A stretch of DNA of 63,560 bases, filler included, from Octopus bimaculoides (lineage: Eukaryota): NCBI RefSeq assembly GCF_001194135.2. It is 8 parts of 7 records of this genome, joined end to end, with 100 filler letters (N's around TTAATTAATTAA, not from the genome) between each part and the next. Parts side by side here need not be neighbours in the genome. Positions count along the whole stretch, not along the records: positions 1 to 22,105 come from NC_069004.1; positions 22,206 to 31,274 come from NC_069008.1; 6 more parts are not named here. The stretch is one strand, 5' to 3'. The translations under genes were made by a program, and so were the position numbers. Of this stretch, positions 13,935-24,959 are shown in pieces (positions within the stretch are counted from its first letter, which is position 1; each line of letters starts with the position of its first letter). The notes below the pieces were generated by a model. That model saw only the letters and a list, made by a program, of their open reading frames with translations. It did no database searches and was not told the DNA's origin.

Positions 13935-14560
13935 TTCCTTTTGGCCGGCACATAGAAAAAATAATTTTTTGTAACTAAACACTTTCAAATTTCGTATACT
14001 GGTAGAATGTGTCATTTAAAACATCATTTACTCTTGACGTTTTTATTTTCGAAGTTATTTCGTGTTAAAGTTGTCGTATTTCGGTAATTTCAACCAATCA
14101 ATGACGTCTATTGAGGTGAAAACAATTACTGCTGTGGTTTGTCAACAAGACATTCTGGCGGTATAAATTTACCATGTCACTGTTATTTCTGATATATTTA
14201 CATTTGAGATACACGTGTATATAGTTTAATCAATTCAGTTATTAGTTATTTAAAATTTTTTTTCAGTTTATTTTGTTTGTGGAAGTATTTTCGTTTTGTT
14301 TTAGCGTTTTCGAAATTGCCTATTTTGGGATCTATGCCCTTGAATGAAATTACTGCCGTTGTTTGTCAACAACAACTATCGGCGGTACATATTTCGTTTC
14401 TCACTGTTATTTATGACATCGTTCGTGCGTTTGTACTGGTTTTAGCTTTAGGGTTAGGGTTCGGATTTTAGAGTTACAGAATTCGATACAGAATTCCAGT
14501 TCCACTATGAGTCGAATAATAATTTCAAATGTAGAGTCCGTTGAGTCAGGGTGGCCTTTG
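13935..14560. mobile_element. Unclassified repeat with an internal degenerate direct repeat and TTAGGG-like motif
   Basis: About 70-bp imperfect repeat at 14124-14194 and 14348-14418; ttagggttagggtt near 14447. Confidence 0.35.
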
Positions 14561-14709
14561 CTTAGGCTATTTGCTATTATTCTACTGACATTATCTTGCC
14601 ACGTTTGGTGTAGAGGACATCTGGACAGCTCATCATTCAGAAGAACCATATGCTATTCAGAGCTTGCATGTCAAAACACTCTTAAGCAAGATGACTAACG
14701 AATAAGCTT

Positions 14710-15110
14710 TGTGCCTAGAGTAGAAAAGATTAGAGGCAAAAGGTGGTGGTGGTGGTGGTGGTGGGGCGCTGGTCAACTATATCGACCCCAGTACACAACT
14801 GGTACTTATTTCATCGACTCCGAAAGGATGAATGACGAAGCTGACCCCGGCGAAATTTGAACTCAGAACGTAAAGACGGACGAAATACCACTGAGCATTT
14901 AATCCGGAGCGGTAACGATTCTTTTCTATTCTAGGCACAAGGCCCAAAATTTTTAGGGAGGGCTCATCGATTAGATCGACTCCAGTACGCAACTGGTACT
15001 TAATTTATCGACCCCGAAAGGATGAAAGGCAAAGTCGACCTTGGCGGAATTTGAACTAAGAACGTAAAGATAGTCGGAATACCGCTAAGTATTTCACCCG
15101 ACAAGATGAC
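14710..15110 (-). mobile_element. Stacked SINE family B copies
   Basis: Two or three successive atcgaccccgaaaggatgaaaggcaaagtcgacc...ggaatttgaactcagaacgtaaagac modules. Confidence 0.75.
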
Positions 15111-15422
15111 TAACGAATATCTCATGATTTTGGAAAATTTATTTAAACTTTAAAGTCGGTTGAATCAAATTTAGCGCTTAGCTGGTTCCTTATCTTATCG
15201 ACTGCAGCAAGATAAAAAAGAAAAGTTAATCCGAGTGGGGTTCGAACTCAGAACAGGTCGCCGTAGATGAATTTATCAACGCTTTAATAGTCGTGTCAGT
15301 ACATTAGTTTCTCTTTGGTACTCGTGCACTAAGAAAATCCATGTATAGTATTAGTTCTCCAAGGGAAATAACTCTAAAAGTATTTCATTTAGAGTTACCG
15401 TTCTTGTACAAGTACACTCGCT

Positions 15423-15435
15423 GTTTCCATGACAC
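15423..15435. promoter_or_regulatory. RFX X-box-like motif upstream of the putative CFAP45 start
   Basis: GTTTCCATGACAC: one good half-site (GTTTCC) plus the AT spacer and a degenerate second half-site. X-boxes are typical of ciliary gene promoters. Confidence 0.45.
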
Positions 15436-15498
15436 TGCACAATCAAAACAAACAGTGCGAAGTGGAAGAAAAGCGGAACCGTGGAATTTTAAGAAACA

Positions 15499-15501
15499 AT
15501 G
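15499..15501 (+). CDS. CFAP45: CFAP45 probable first coding exon (ATG only)
   Basis: aagaaacaATG|GTGAGT: ATG followed directly by a consensus donor, at the end of a unique non-repetitive stretch with an X-box-like site about 65 nt upstream and 2.3 kb before the first clear CFAP45 exon. Assignment to CFAP45 is inference. Confidence 0.5.
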
Positions 15502-16037
15502 GTGAGTAAAAAGAAGAATTAAATGATTTGATTTCATGGAATTTTCGGCTTTAGTAATAATAGGTTTTACGTGTTAAATTCAGATTTATTTACATACACC
15601 GACATACGTGCACACGCACTCACGTATATGTAAGTATATATAATTATGCGCTTATATACATATATCGTTATATATTTATATGTATCTTTATATCTTATAT
15701 ATACACATATTCATGTATGTATATATGTGTATGTTAGCATATAATACATACATACATTAACATACACACGCACACACACACATACATGCACACACACACA
15801 CACACACACACGGTCCTTTCAAAAATGTGAATATCATTAATGTTGTGCCCTTCCTCCTCTAACAACAACAACAACAACAGCAGAAGTAGCTCATATACAT
15901 TATACGTATATCATCATCATCATCATCATAATTTAATGTCCATTTCTCATGTTGGCATGGGTTGGACACATACATACACACACACATACATACACACATA
16001 CATACATACATAGACATAAATACTTACACACGTGTAT

Positions 16038-16082
<45 letters not shown>

Positions 16083-16446
16083 CATACACAAACATATATA
16101 TACAAAACAGACGCACACACATAACATTTATTCTTAGCAAAAGGTTGACAGTGACTTCAAAATCTCGTGTCATCAGACTGTATTTTAGTTTGGTTTTGTA
16201 CCTTAAATCATTGCCCAAGGTCATTTTGACAGGAAGTCTTGAGTGTAAGAAAGCAAGAGGAAGTCAAAGACATTTGAGGACTAACGACATCAAAGACCCT
16301 GGTTGATTGTATGCATGCAGTAGAACACCGAAGGAACTGGTGAGTCTTGACACAGTGAGGATACCTGGTTGATGGCTGATGATGACAAAAGATAGGGTAT
16401 TAATAAAAGTGCTAACGGTCTTTGCTACTATCAAACAGGACGTAGG

Positions 16447-16497
16447 TCTTTAATTAGCTACTCTCTTTAATTAGCTACTCTCTTTAATTAGCTACTC
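16447..16497. repeat. 17-bp tandem repeat x3 (TCTTTAATTAGCTACTC)
   Basis: Three perfect copies read directly. Confidence 0.95.
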
Positions 16498-16917
16498 CTA
16501 TTCCAAAATTACTCATGGATATTTTGCAAGGTAAGATCAGGGTGAGTTTTGTGCGACAAATTACGTAGAGAAAAGGGATGCCAACGGGAGGTGATCCAAG
16601 TTGTTGGGTGATGGTCATGGGTGACTCAGACGGAGGTTTCCCACCGCTGTTTCAACGGTAATAGTAGTAGTGGTAGTAGTCGGTGTTGTTTAGTTTCAGG
16701 TCAACTTTGATACAACGCAACTATATTTAGAGGTAACAAAATTTTGAATTTTATGTTTTGTCTTTGGTCAGCAGTAAGTGTTATTTCCTATTTGTTTCTA
16801 TCTAGAAATCAAAGGATGTGACTACTATTCCCTTCAAACTTTGCTTTTGTGATCTGGACATCAATGATTTCAAACTCACCTATTTTCCATTACATTTCAG
16901 ACAGATTCAGTTACTGA

Positions 16918-17042
16918 AGTTACTGAAGCAGAAATATCGTTATAGCAAATATTCTGCTGAGTTACTGAAGCAGAAATATCGTTATAGCAAATATTCTGCT
17001 GAGTTACTGAAGCAGAAATATCGTTATAGCAAATATTCTGCT
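16918..17042. repeat. 42-bp tandem repeat x3
   Basis: Unit AGTTACTGAAGCAGAAATATCGTTATAGCAAATATTCTGCTG, identical copies (last one lacks the final base), no spacers. Confidence 0.95.
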
Positions 17043-17845
17043 CAATACCACAAATTTACTTGTCAGTTGCTTGACCTAAACCACTTGAGCATGTCCATTA
17101 GTGGCTGACAATATGTGCATCTCTGATGATGAGCAGAAGTAGTGGGGGAGCATCACAGCCATGTTTTGAGAAGGATTCTTTGGGTTTCTGAATAAATATA
17201 ACAAAAGCAAAGTTTGAAGGAAATATTGGCCATTTTTCATACGTTTTAGGGGCAAGCAAATAGGAATTAACAGTTGCTATCCACGGACAAAAATCGTGTT
17301 ACACAATATAATGTACGACCTGGCAGCCATTGCTGTCTCGCCTTTTTAGAAAATATCTGATTACATCAACCGATGTGTCCTTCTTGTTCGTTGTGACTTG
17401 AAAGAATAGAGAAGGAGANNNNNNNNNNNNNNNNNNNNNNNNNNNNNNNNNNNNNNNNNNNNNNNNNNNNNNNNNNNNNNNNNNNNNNNNNNNNNNNNNN
17501 NNNNNNNNNNNNNNNNNNNNNNNNNNNNNNNNNNNNNNNNNNNNNNNNNNNNNNNNNNNNNNNNNNNNNNNNNNNNNNNNNNNNNNNNNNNNNNNNNNNN
17601 NNNNNNNNNNNNNNNNNNNNNNNNNNNNNNNNNNNNNNNNNNNNNNNNNNNNNNNNNNNNNNNNNNNNNNNNNNNNNNNNNNNNNNNNNNNNNNNNNNNN
17701 NNNNNNNNNNNNNNNNNNNNNNNNNNNNNNNNNNNNNNNNNNNNNNNNNNNNNNNNNNNNNNNNNNNNNNNNNNNNNNNNNNNNNNNNNNNNNNNNNNNN
17801 NNNNNNNNNNNNNNNNNNNNNNNNNNNNNNNNNNNNNNNNNNNNN

Positions 17846-17946
17846 GGATTCAGCCAAATCAAAGATGTCTACCCGCCGACAAAAGCCAAGCAGAAAGACA
17901 AAGAAAATGTACAAGTGATAATGATGGATTTGATAAGAAATCTAAC
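17846..17946 (+). CDS. CFAP45: CFAP45 internal exon, 5' end hidden in the N gap 17419-17845
   Basis: Encodes GFSQIKDVYPPTKAKQKDKENVQVIMMDLIRNL plus ac|GTGAGT (phase 2). Resembles vertebrate CFAP45 KPETIQLITRDMVREL and is phase-compatible with the next exon. Confidence 0.85.
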
Positions 17947-18029
17947 GTGAGTTATGCACCCCGCTTTTGTTTGTTGAGCGAGACATTATTTTTGTTAAGT
18001 GCTGTTTTGTTATTGTTGTTGTTGGCAGA

Positions 18030-18880
18030 TAGACAGAGAAACATGTAAGGATAGGTTAGGGAGAAATAACTAGACTCAGTCAGGCAGAGGCAGACAGACG
18101 TAGATGGATAAAAGAACAAGGAGATATATATAGAGAGGAACAGTTAAGGAAGATGCGAATGGACAGGGGATAAAAACAGACAAGGGGCAAGAGCCGACGA
18201 GGGACAAAGGCAGATAGAAGGAGACAAGTAACGAAACAGGCAGTTAGGGAAACAGAGATAGACATAGGAACATAGACAAACAAGAGGGAAATGAGATACA
18301 AGAGACAGGTACAGAGAAGGGGCAAGGGCAGACGAGGGACAAGGGCAGATAGAAGGCGGCAGGTAAAGAAATAGACAAATAGGGAGAGACGGACATACAA
18401 ACAAAGAAAAACAAGAGGACAGGGATAGATGGGAAAGATGGACAAGGGGCAAAGGCAGATTGAAGGACACAGGTAAAGAAATGCAGATAGGGAGAACAGA
18501 GATGGACGTACAAGCATAGACAACCAAGGGGACAGGGAGACAAAATCAGAAAAGTGACAAAGGCAGATATGGACTGACAGATATAAAGTCAGAGAGACAT
18601 GTACACCCAGGTAGAAAGGCCAGAGAGATAAGGGGCCAAGGACAGATGTATTTAACTGAGACAAGGATTAGGGACAACCAGACACGCACATACATACATA
18701 AGCACAGACATATCACACACACATACATACATAAGCGCACACACAATCACACACACACACGTTTCTAAATAGTCAATGGACACACAGACAAACGGAGCAG
18801 ACTAACAGACAGGCAGGCAGGCAGGCAGACAGGCAGGCAGACAGGCAGGCAGGCAGGCAGACAACCAGGCAGGCAGATGG
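18030..18880. repeat. Purine-rich degenerate GACA/GAGA/GCAG low-complexity tract
   Basis: Strongly A/G-skewed short-period repeats; the overlapping minus-strand ORFs are L/S/C/P-biased artefacts. A pyrimidine-rich counterpart lies at about 3500-3770. Confidence 0.85.
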
Positions 18881-18989
18881 CAGACGGTCGAAGTTGTCTA
18901 TTTCCGTTTCGTTGCCTTCTCTCCTGTAATTAATTAACGAAGGTATTAATTAGAGCGGGTCAAAAGGAATATTTATAGCGGTCGATAAT

Positions 18990-19500
18990 GTGGCGTAGTG
19001 GGGGTGGTGATGGTGGAGATGGTGGTGGTGGTGATGGAGATGGTATGATAGCTCGGTGTTGCTGTTGGTGGTGGTGATGATGGTGGTGGTTGCTGTGGTA
19101 GTTGTTGTTGTTGTGGTGGTAGTTGTGATAGAAGTACTAACTGGTTTGATGGTAATATAGTTAGGATGTTGGTGTTGTTCATGGTTGTGGTTGTTGTGAT
19201 GGTGCTGGTAAATATATGGTAGCAGTGGTGATTATATTGGTAGTAGTAAAGGTAGTAGTAGCGGTGGTAGTCATGGTGGACATGATTGTTGTTGTGGTGG
19301 TGGTGCTCGTGTTGTAGTTGCGGTGGTTGTAGTGTGTTATTTATACATGCCTTGATGGCTATTATAAGATGACAGTAGTAGTAGCAGTAGTGGTGGTGGT
19401 GGTAGTGGTGGTGGTGGTAGTGGTGGTAGTGGTGGTGGTAGTAGTTGTAATAGTAGTAGTGGTAGTGTTGGTATTAGTAGCAGTAGTTGTAGTAGTAGTG
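18990..19500. repeat. Mixed (GGT)n/(GTA)n/(GTT)n trinucleotide tract
   Basis: Read directly. Confidence 0.9.
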
Positions 19501-19786
19501 TGTATGTATGCTTGTATCTGTGTTTGTGCTTCTTCCCACCGCTCGACAACCGGAGTTGGTTTGTTTTCGTCCCTTTAACTTAGCGATTCGGCAAAAAGTT
19601 CCGATAGAGTAAGTACCAGACTTAAAAAAAAAAATACCCAACAAACATAAAAGTTCTAGGATCGATTCGTTCGGCTAAAAAATCCCCCAAGGCGGTGCCC
19701 CAGAATGGCCGCGGTCTAATAGCTGAAGCAAGTAGAAGATAAAATATACAATAAATGTGTGTGTATATATGTAACTTGTCTTTCAG

Positions 19787-19931
19787 GGTGCCAGAAAAGA
19801 ACTCGATGGGTTCCCCTGTCGTCTTAAACCGACATGATTTCACGAGGATCAAACAAAGTGCCAGAGTTCTAAGTGAAGAAGAAAAGTCCATGATGAGAGA
19901 GGAATACATGGAGAGAAAAGAAGCTGCACTG
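19787..19931 (+). CDS. CFAP45: CFAP45 internal exon (145 nt)
   Basis: tttcAG|g gtg...ctg|GTaatc. Encodes VPEKNSMGSPVVLNRHDFTRIKQSARVLSEEEKSMMREEYMERKEAAL, similar to CFAP45 VPTEDPSGESLIISPEEFERIKWASHVLTREE. Confidence 0.92.
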
Positions 19932-20121
19932 GTAATCACTCTGTTAATCTGCATTTATCGCCATCATAAGGTGTTGCTACAACCACACGAACGTGTGGTT
20001 GTAGCGACGGACATATTAGTGACCTCCAATGGTTTCGTGGGGGTTCTTTTTAACGTCCCCAGTTCGAAATCTCTTTCTGTTGTGGTAGCTTTGGAAATCG
20101 ATGTGCCTATCCTCATATTAA

Positions 20122-20230
20122 GGGCATTACTATACATAAATGCCTCACGTTAGGAAGGACTCTTAAAGTCAAAACTACTTTGACTTTAAGAGTCCCTCCA
20201 AGCGTGAGGCATTTATGTATAGTAATGCCC
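20122..20230. mobile_element. 109-bp foldback MITE flanked by TTAA (Kolobok-like termini)
   Basis: TTAA at 20118-20121 and 20231-20234; termini GGGCATT...AATGCCC; the whole element is a near-perfect inverted repeat. Family assignment is inference. Confidence 0.6.
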
Positions 20231-20405
20231 TTAATATAAATAAATATATCTAAAGGGAATAATTAATAATTTTTTTTTCTTATGAGGTTTTTCACGCTAA
20301 CTACTTTGCGCCTCACATACATACATACATACATACATACATGTGTATGATGTTCTTTAATGTCCTTTTCTTTCTTTTTTGTTTGTTGTTGCTTAACGAA
20401 AACAG

Positions 20406-20576
20406 CAACAACGGTTTGAACGTGAAGCAAGGCTGAAAAAACTTGACAAACAACGTCAGACCGATGAGAAGCTGTGTCATTTGGATGTGGAGGCCAAGCT
20501 GAATGCTGAGAACCTTCTAGCAAAAGCGAAAGAAAAACGGGAGGAAGACGAGGACCGAATAAAATATCTTAACGAG
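20406..20576 (+). CDS. CFAP45: CFAP45 internal exon (171 nt), not shown in the ORF track
   Basis: aacAG|caa...gag|GTcagt, phase 0-0. Encodes QQRFEREARLKKLDKQRQTDEKLCHLDVEAKLNAENLLAKAKEKREEDEDRIKYLNE, 57 aa colinear with CFAP45 KLSDLEEVAKERAQNLLQRANKLRMEQEEELKDMSK. Confidence 0.92.
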
Positions 20577-20906
20577 GTCAGTATGAGCTGTTGTTGTTAG
20601 TGTTATTGCAGTCGTTGTTGTTTAACCGTAACCAATATGTGCCATGACCACCCAGCATGAAATGAAAATCTCCTGTATAAATAACAGAAGCGACAAAGCA
20701 GGGAATAGAACGGCCAACAACATGTCGTTCTGCAGGATGTTAATAGATAACAGCGAACCCATAAGCCTTTACCAGACAGGCAGACAGGCAGACAGACACT
20801 GGCCGGTTCATAAACCACCCCACAAAATGTTAACAACTTTAGCGACAACACTTACTTAGCGATGGTGTGAGAATTACTGCTAGGAATTTGATGGGTGATG
20901 AAAAGA

Positions 20907-21030
<124 letters not shown>

Positions 21031-21194
21031 GAAGCTAAAATATATTATACATCCATGAATAGATATATACATGCATGCGTACATGCGTGCATAGCTGAGT
21101 ACGTATATGTGTATATATGTATGTATGTATGTATGTAGGTTCGTATGTTTGTGTGTGTGTGTGCGCACGCGTGCGTGTTTGTGTATCGGTCAGC

Positions 21195-21237
<43 letters not shown>

Positions 21238-21253
21238 AAATCTTACGTTGCAG

Positions 21254-21601
21254 GTGATTCTGGAAGCGAAATGCCATGCGATCAGAGACGCTCAGCTGCA
21301 AGAGAAAAAACAGATGCAACATGACGTAGCGTCTGAGGAAATGCGATTGGACGAAATGATGGAGATCGATCGAAAGAATGCCATCAGGGTACAGGAGGAA
21401 ATCGAGAATCGGCGCAAGCAGGAACTGCGTTTGGGCGCCGTGAAACTGCGCGAACAGATAACGGAAATGGAGGAGCGGAAATTGAGACTAACTGAAGCGA
21501 AGGAACGAGAAACGGAGAAACTGAAGAAGGAGATTGAGCAGATGGTTAGAGAGGACGAAGTGATCGCATTGAAGAAGAAACAGAAGCAGATTGCGTTGAG
21601 G
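21254..21601 (+). CDS. CFAP45: CFAP45 internal exon (348 nt), trichohyalin-plectin-homology coiled coil
   Basis: tgcAG|gtg...agg|GTAAGA. Encodes VILEAKCHAIRDAQLQEKKQMQ...EEMRLDEMMEIDR, which contains the diagnostic CFAP45 motif AKCHAIRDAQ. Confidence 0.96.
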
Positions 21602-21929
21602 GTAAGAAACAGGGTCATTCAGTTTCATATTGTATGCCTTTCTCAAAAACATCAATGCAACCCAGTGGTCTTTGACGTTTATTAGTTTAGAAGACTTCAT
21701 GATTTACATCTTATATAATCTGTTCAGTACCATAGTAGTACCTAGCAAAGCTTAACCAGTGTTTGAGTAACAATAGTACAGAGACTGTTAAGCCTATTTT
21801 TAAATCGAGGAATGAACACAACACATGCTCATTACTAAACCTTAATCTTAAAATCAAAATGCTATCCATTACAAATCGAACCCTCACTCTGGGTTAACCT
21901 CTTATATTTTGATCTGCATACGTGACCAG

Positions 21930-22037
21930 GATGAACTATTGGAAGCCTGTCAGAGAATGTCAGAAATGAAAGTACAGAAGCAACGGCAAGAGAAATTGGA
22001 AGAAAAGAATGTCTTGGAATTCCACAAGGAGAAAGCT
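21930..22037 (+). CDS. CFAP45: CFAP45 internal exon (108 nt), last exon visible before a scaffold join
   Basis: accAG|gat...gct|GTAAGT. Encodes DELLEACQRMSEMKVQKQRQEKLEEKNVLEFHKEKA, 36 aa similar to CFAP45 QEKLADQMVMEFTKKKM. Confidence 0.92.
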
Positions 22038-22105
22038 GTAAGTGTTTTGTCTTGTTTGCATTGTTTTAATACCTATGGGGGGTGGGGGTGGGTGGGGGTG
22101 TAGCT

Positions 22106-22205
22106 NNNNNNNNNNNNNNNNNNNNNNNNNNNNNNNNNNNNNNNNNNNNTTAATTAATTAANNNNNNNNNNNNNNNNNNNNNNNNNNNNNNNNNNNNNNN
22201 NNNNN
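22106..22205. other. Artificial scaffold join: 44 N, TTAATTAATTAA, 44 N (linker also at 31319, 37483, 40666, 44649, 51126, 55505)
   Basis: Identical 12-mer, giving stop codons in all six frames, centred in 100-bp gaps seven times. Confidence 0.95.
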
Positions 22206-22520
22206 TTGATAGGGTTGCCTGGCCTTTCAACAACCTTAATTCTTAGCTTAAGTTTGTCTAGGGCCCTTCTAAAGCGGTACGCCAGTTCGCCTCTAGGGGT
22301 GGTGTTGACGAACATGACGCTTTGGTACTTGTGGCTATTGTACCATGAGCTTGCCTTCCCTATTTTCTTCTTAGTTCTTTCTATGGTGTTCCATGATTTG
22401 CTCCTATAGAGTGGGCAAATCCCATTCCTATCGTTGCGTTTGATTGTTTCAAACTTCTTCATAGCTCCTTTGTAAACCCTGATCCTTTCTTTATGGCTGT
22501 AACCCGAGAACTGCATGCGG
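22206..22520 (-). mobile_element. Penelope-like retroelement fragment (C-terminal to RT)
   Basis: GYSHKERIRVYKGAMKKFE...CPLYRSKSW...SVMFVNTTPRGEL...IKVVERPG matches the recalled post-RT region of Penelope-like elements. Confidence 0.65.
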
Positions 22521-24959
22521 TGGACGAAATGTTGTATATGTCTCTTTAATTCTGTAAATGAATTTGATTTTCAAAATCTGTGTCTCACAGACAATGCCAT
22601 TTGTAAATAATAATCTTCTAGTGTTTACTTTCATTTCATGATACAGTTTATCATGCACAAAATGCTTAACTTCCAAATCCTGTTTTCTGATATGGTAAAA
22701 ATGATTAAACTTTAAACCTCTGTAACATTTTTCTAAAGCTTTACTGAAATAAATGAATTACAAACTTGGATTCATCATGGAAAAGTATATCAATTTGAAC
22801 ATTTTCACTTGATTTTAAAATTTCAAAGTTTGTTACAGCGACAGAAAAAAATTGTCTTTCTGTCTCTCATGGTAAACTTTTTCACTTTCTATAAAAAGAT
22901 ATGCTCTCGCTGAGTATGTGTGTGCATGTGTTTGTCAATGTGTATGTATGCATGTGATTTGAAAAAAGGTAAGTAAAAGATAATTTATTTTAATAGCATA
23001 ATTTTCTGTTAGTAAATATATTTTTTCTTACGTATACCCCCACCCATATGGACTTGTTTGATGTGGGGTGGGGTTAAAGATTTAAATAACAAATGTTTTT
23101 GTTGTTGCTTCAATCTCAGCAATAGACTACTGCATTATCATGCCATAAAATAAGGGAGAGGAAATATTGGAAAACATCAATACATGTCAGAGTGACAAAG
23201 AAACGTGGAAGGTATCAGGTGGTCTTGAGATGTGCTAAAAACAACAGTTAAATCTCCCTTAAATCACCTTATCATCTTCAGATTATTTGAAATTATAAAC
23301 AGAAACAAATTGCAGCTTCTTCAGTGCCACAATTTAAGTTGAAAGAGAGTCAGAGTTGCTTATAGCTACAAATCTTAGACTAAGTTACAATAGAAACATG
23401 TCATGTCTCTGGTAAATTGATGAGGATTTTCATCAATGCTATTGGGGCTAAAGTAATTGAAGTGATACACTAGTTAAGTGGTCTCTAAATTGTGGAACTT
23501 TTCTTTGGCAATGTCTTGTGCACTGTTGGAATATTAATGGCATCACTTTCTGAATTTGCATATATGGAAATGAAAATTAATGAAATTAATATTTCAAAAC
23601 ATGAAGAAAATTTCAGTAATTTATATGCCCCAGCCCCATACACACACAAGTACACATATATGCAAGCAGAAATACACAAGTGTATACATATATACATACA
23701 TACACAAATACCTACCTACTTACCTACCTACCTACCTACCTACCTACCTACCTACCTTCTTTCCTTCCTTCCTTCATTCATTCATTCATTCTTTCCTTCT
23801 TTCTTTCTTTCTTTCTTAAGTCTTTTACATTTTCAGTTGTTAGACTATGGCCATGCTTGGCACCACTGAGAAGAGTTTAGGTGGACACATCAAATGCAGT
23901 ACTTAATTTTTTTATTGTGTTGGTCACTTTTTGACAAACTGCTAAGTTATGCAGTCATAAACAAACACTTGTTGCCATGCGATAGTGGACTACAAACACT
24001 AAACAAAGGTGCACACACACGTACACACACACGTATACACACGTATATATGAATGAGTGGATAGTTGAAAGAAAAAGACACTCAATATATTTAGTAGGAG
24101 TTATATGAATTATTCAAAGCAGTTTTATTTGGCTTCCTGTGTCTTGGTTTCTTGAATCTCTAAGAGAAACCCATCTCTTTCGAGCTTAGATTACTGAATG
24201 GAGAAACATAGGAAGTGTAAAATAGCTACTGGAAAACAGGCCTGCTATTGGTCAAGGTGGGTCACATGGTGTTGTCAGAGTAAAATTGGTTGTTCACTGA
24301 TGGAAGTTCTTTTAGAAAGGGAAATTTCTTTCACTGCATGGATAGGAAGCTGGTGGCACCTAAGTGTCAGGGTGCAGAAGAAGTAAGACTGGTGATTGTG
24401 TATGTGTGTGTATGTGTGTAAATATATATATAGTAGATGTATGAATTCGTAGATGTGGGTGTGTTATTGTTTGTATGAGCATGTGTGTGTATGTGCGTAT
24501 ATCTGCTTTTGTTATGTGGGTGGGTGTGATGTATACTAGTGTAGTTTCATGTATGTGAGTGTGTGTGTGTGCGTATACGCACGTGCATGTGTGTGGGCAT
24601 GTGTGAATGTGTGTGGGTGTCAACATAGATGCTTGTGTGTGTGTGTGTGTTTATTTATGTTTGCATGCCATGTATATGGAAGTGAAATTGAGGGGTCGTG
24701 GTGGATGCATAAGCAGTGGTGGTTGGGGAATCCTGTCCTTGTTTGTGGAGCAGCCAATGCTGAGGAGCATCTGATGTTAAGATGGTATATCTGGGTTTCC
24801 AGCAGCCAATGGTTTGATGTTCACCAGGAGAGAGAGGTTGGGGAGAGACGGCGACATGGTACATTCTAGAAAATTTGAGATTTCTTCAGCAGAGACATTT
24901 CTTATTCCAATGAAGTACAAAACTCTAATCTCCTTTGACGTAGGATCCTCTGACTTCTA

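Noticed and set aside
14447-14461. TTAGGG repeats as an interstitial telomere
   Set aside because: Only about two units, embedded in a dispersed repeat.
16918-17042. Palindromic 42-bp repeats as a CRISPR array
   Set aside because: No spacers, no cas genes, eukaryotic intron context.
18080-18746. Overlapping 99-194 aa minus-strand ORFs
   Set aside because: Products of a purine/pyrimidine-skewed low-complexity tract in a CFAP45 intron.
21292-21618. 108-aa minus-strand ORF
   Set aside because: Antisense shadow of the CFAP45 348-nt exon.
21602-21685. C-terminal extension VRNRVIQF... of the 21248-21685 ORF as coding
   Set aside because: Read-through past the GTAAGA donor at 21602; homology resumes at 21930.
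22150-22161. TTAATTAATTAA recurring seven times as a possible conserved motif or PacI site array
   Set aside because: Always centred in 44N+12+44N gaps; an artificial six-frame-stop scaffolding linker.
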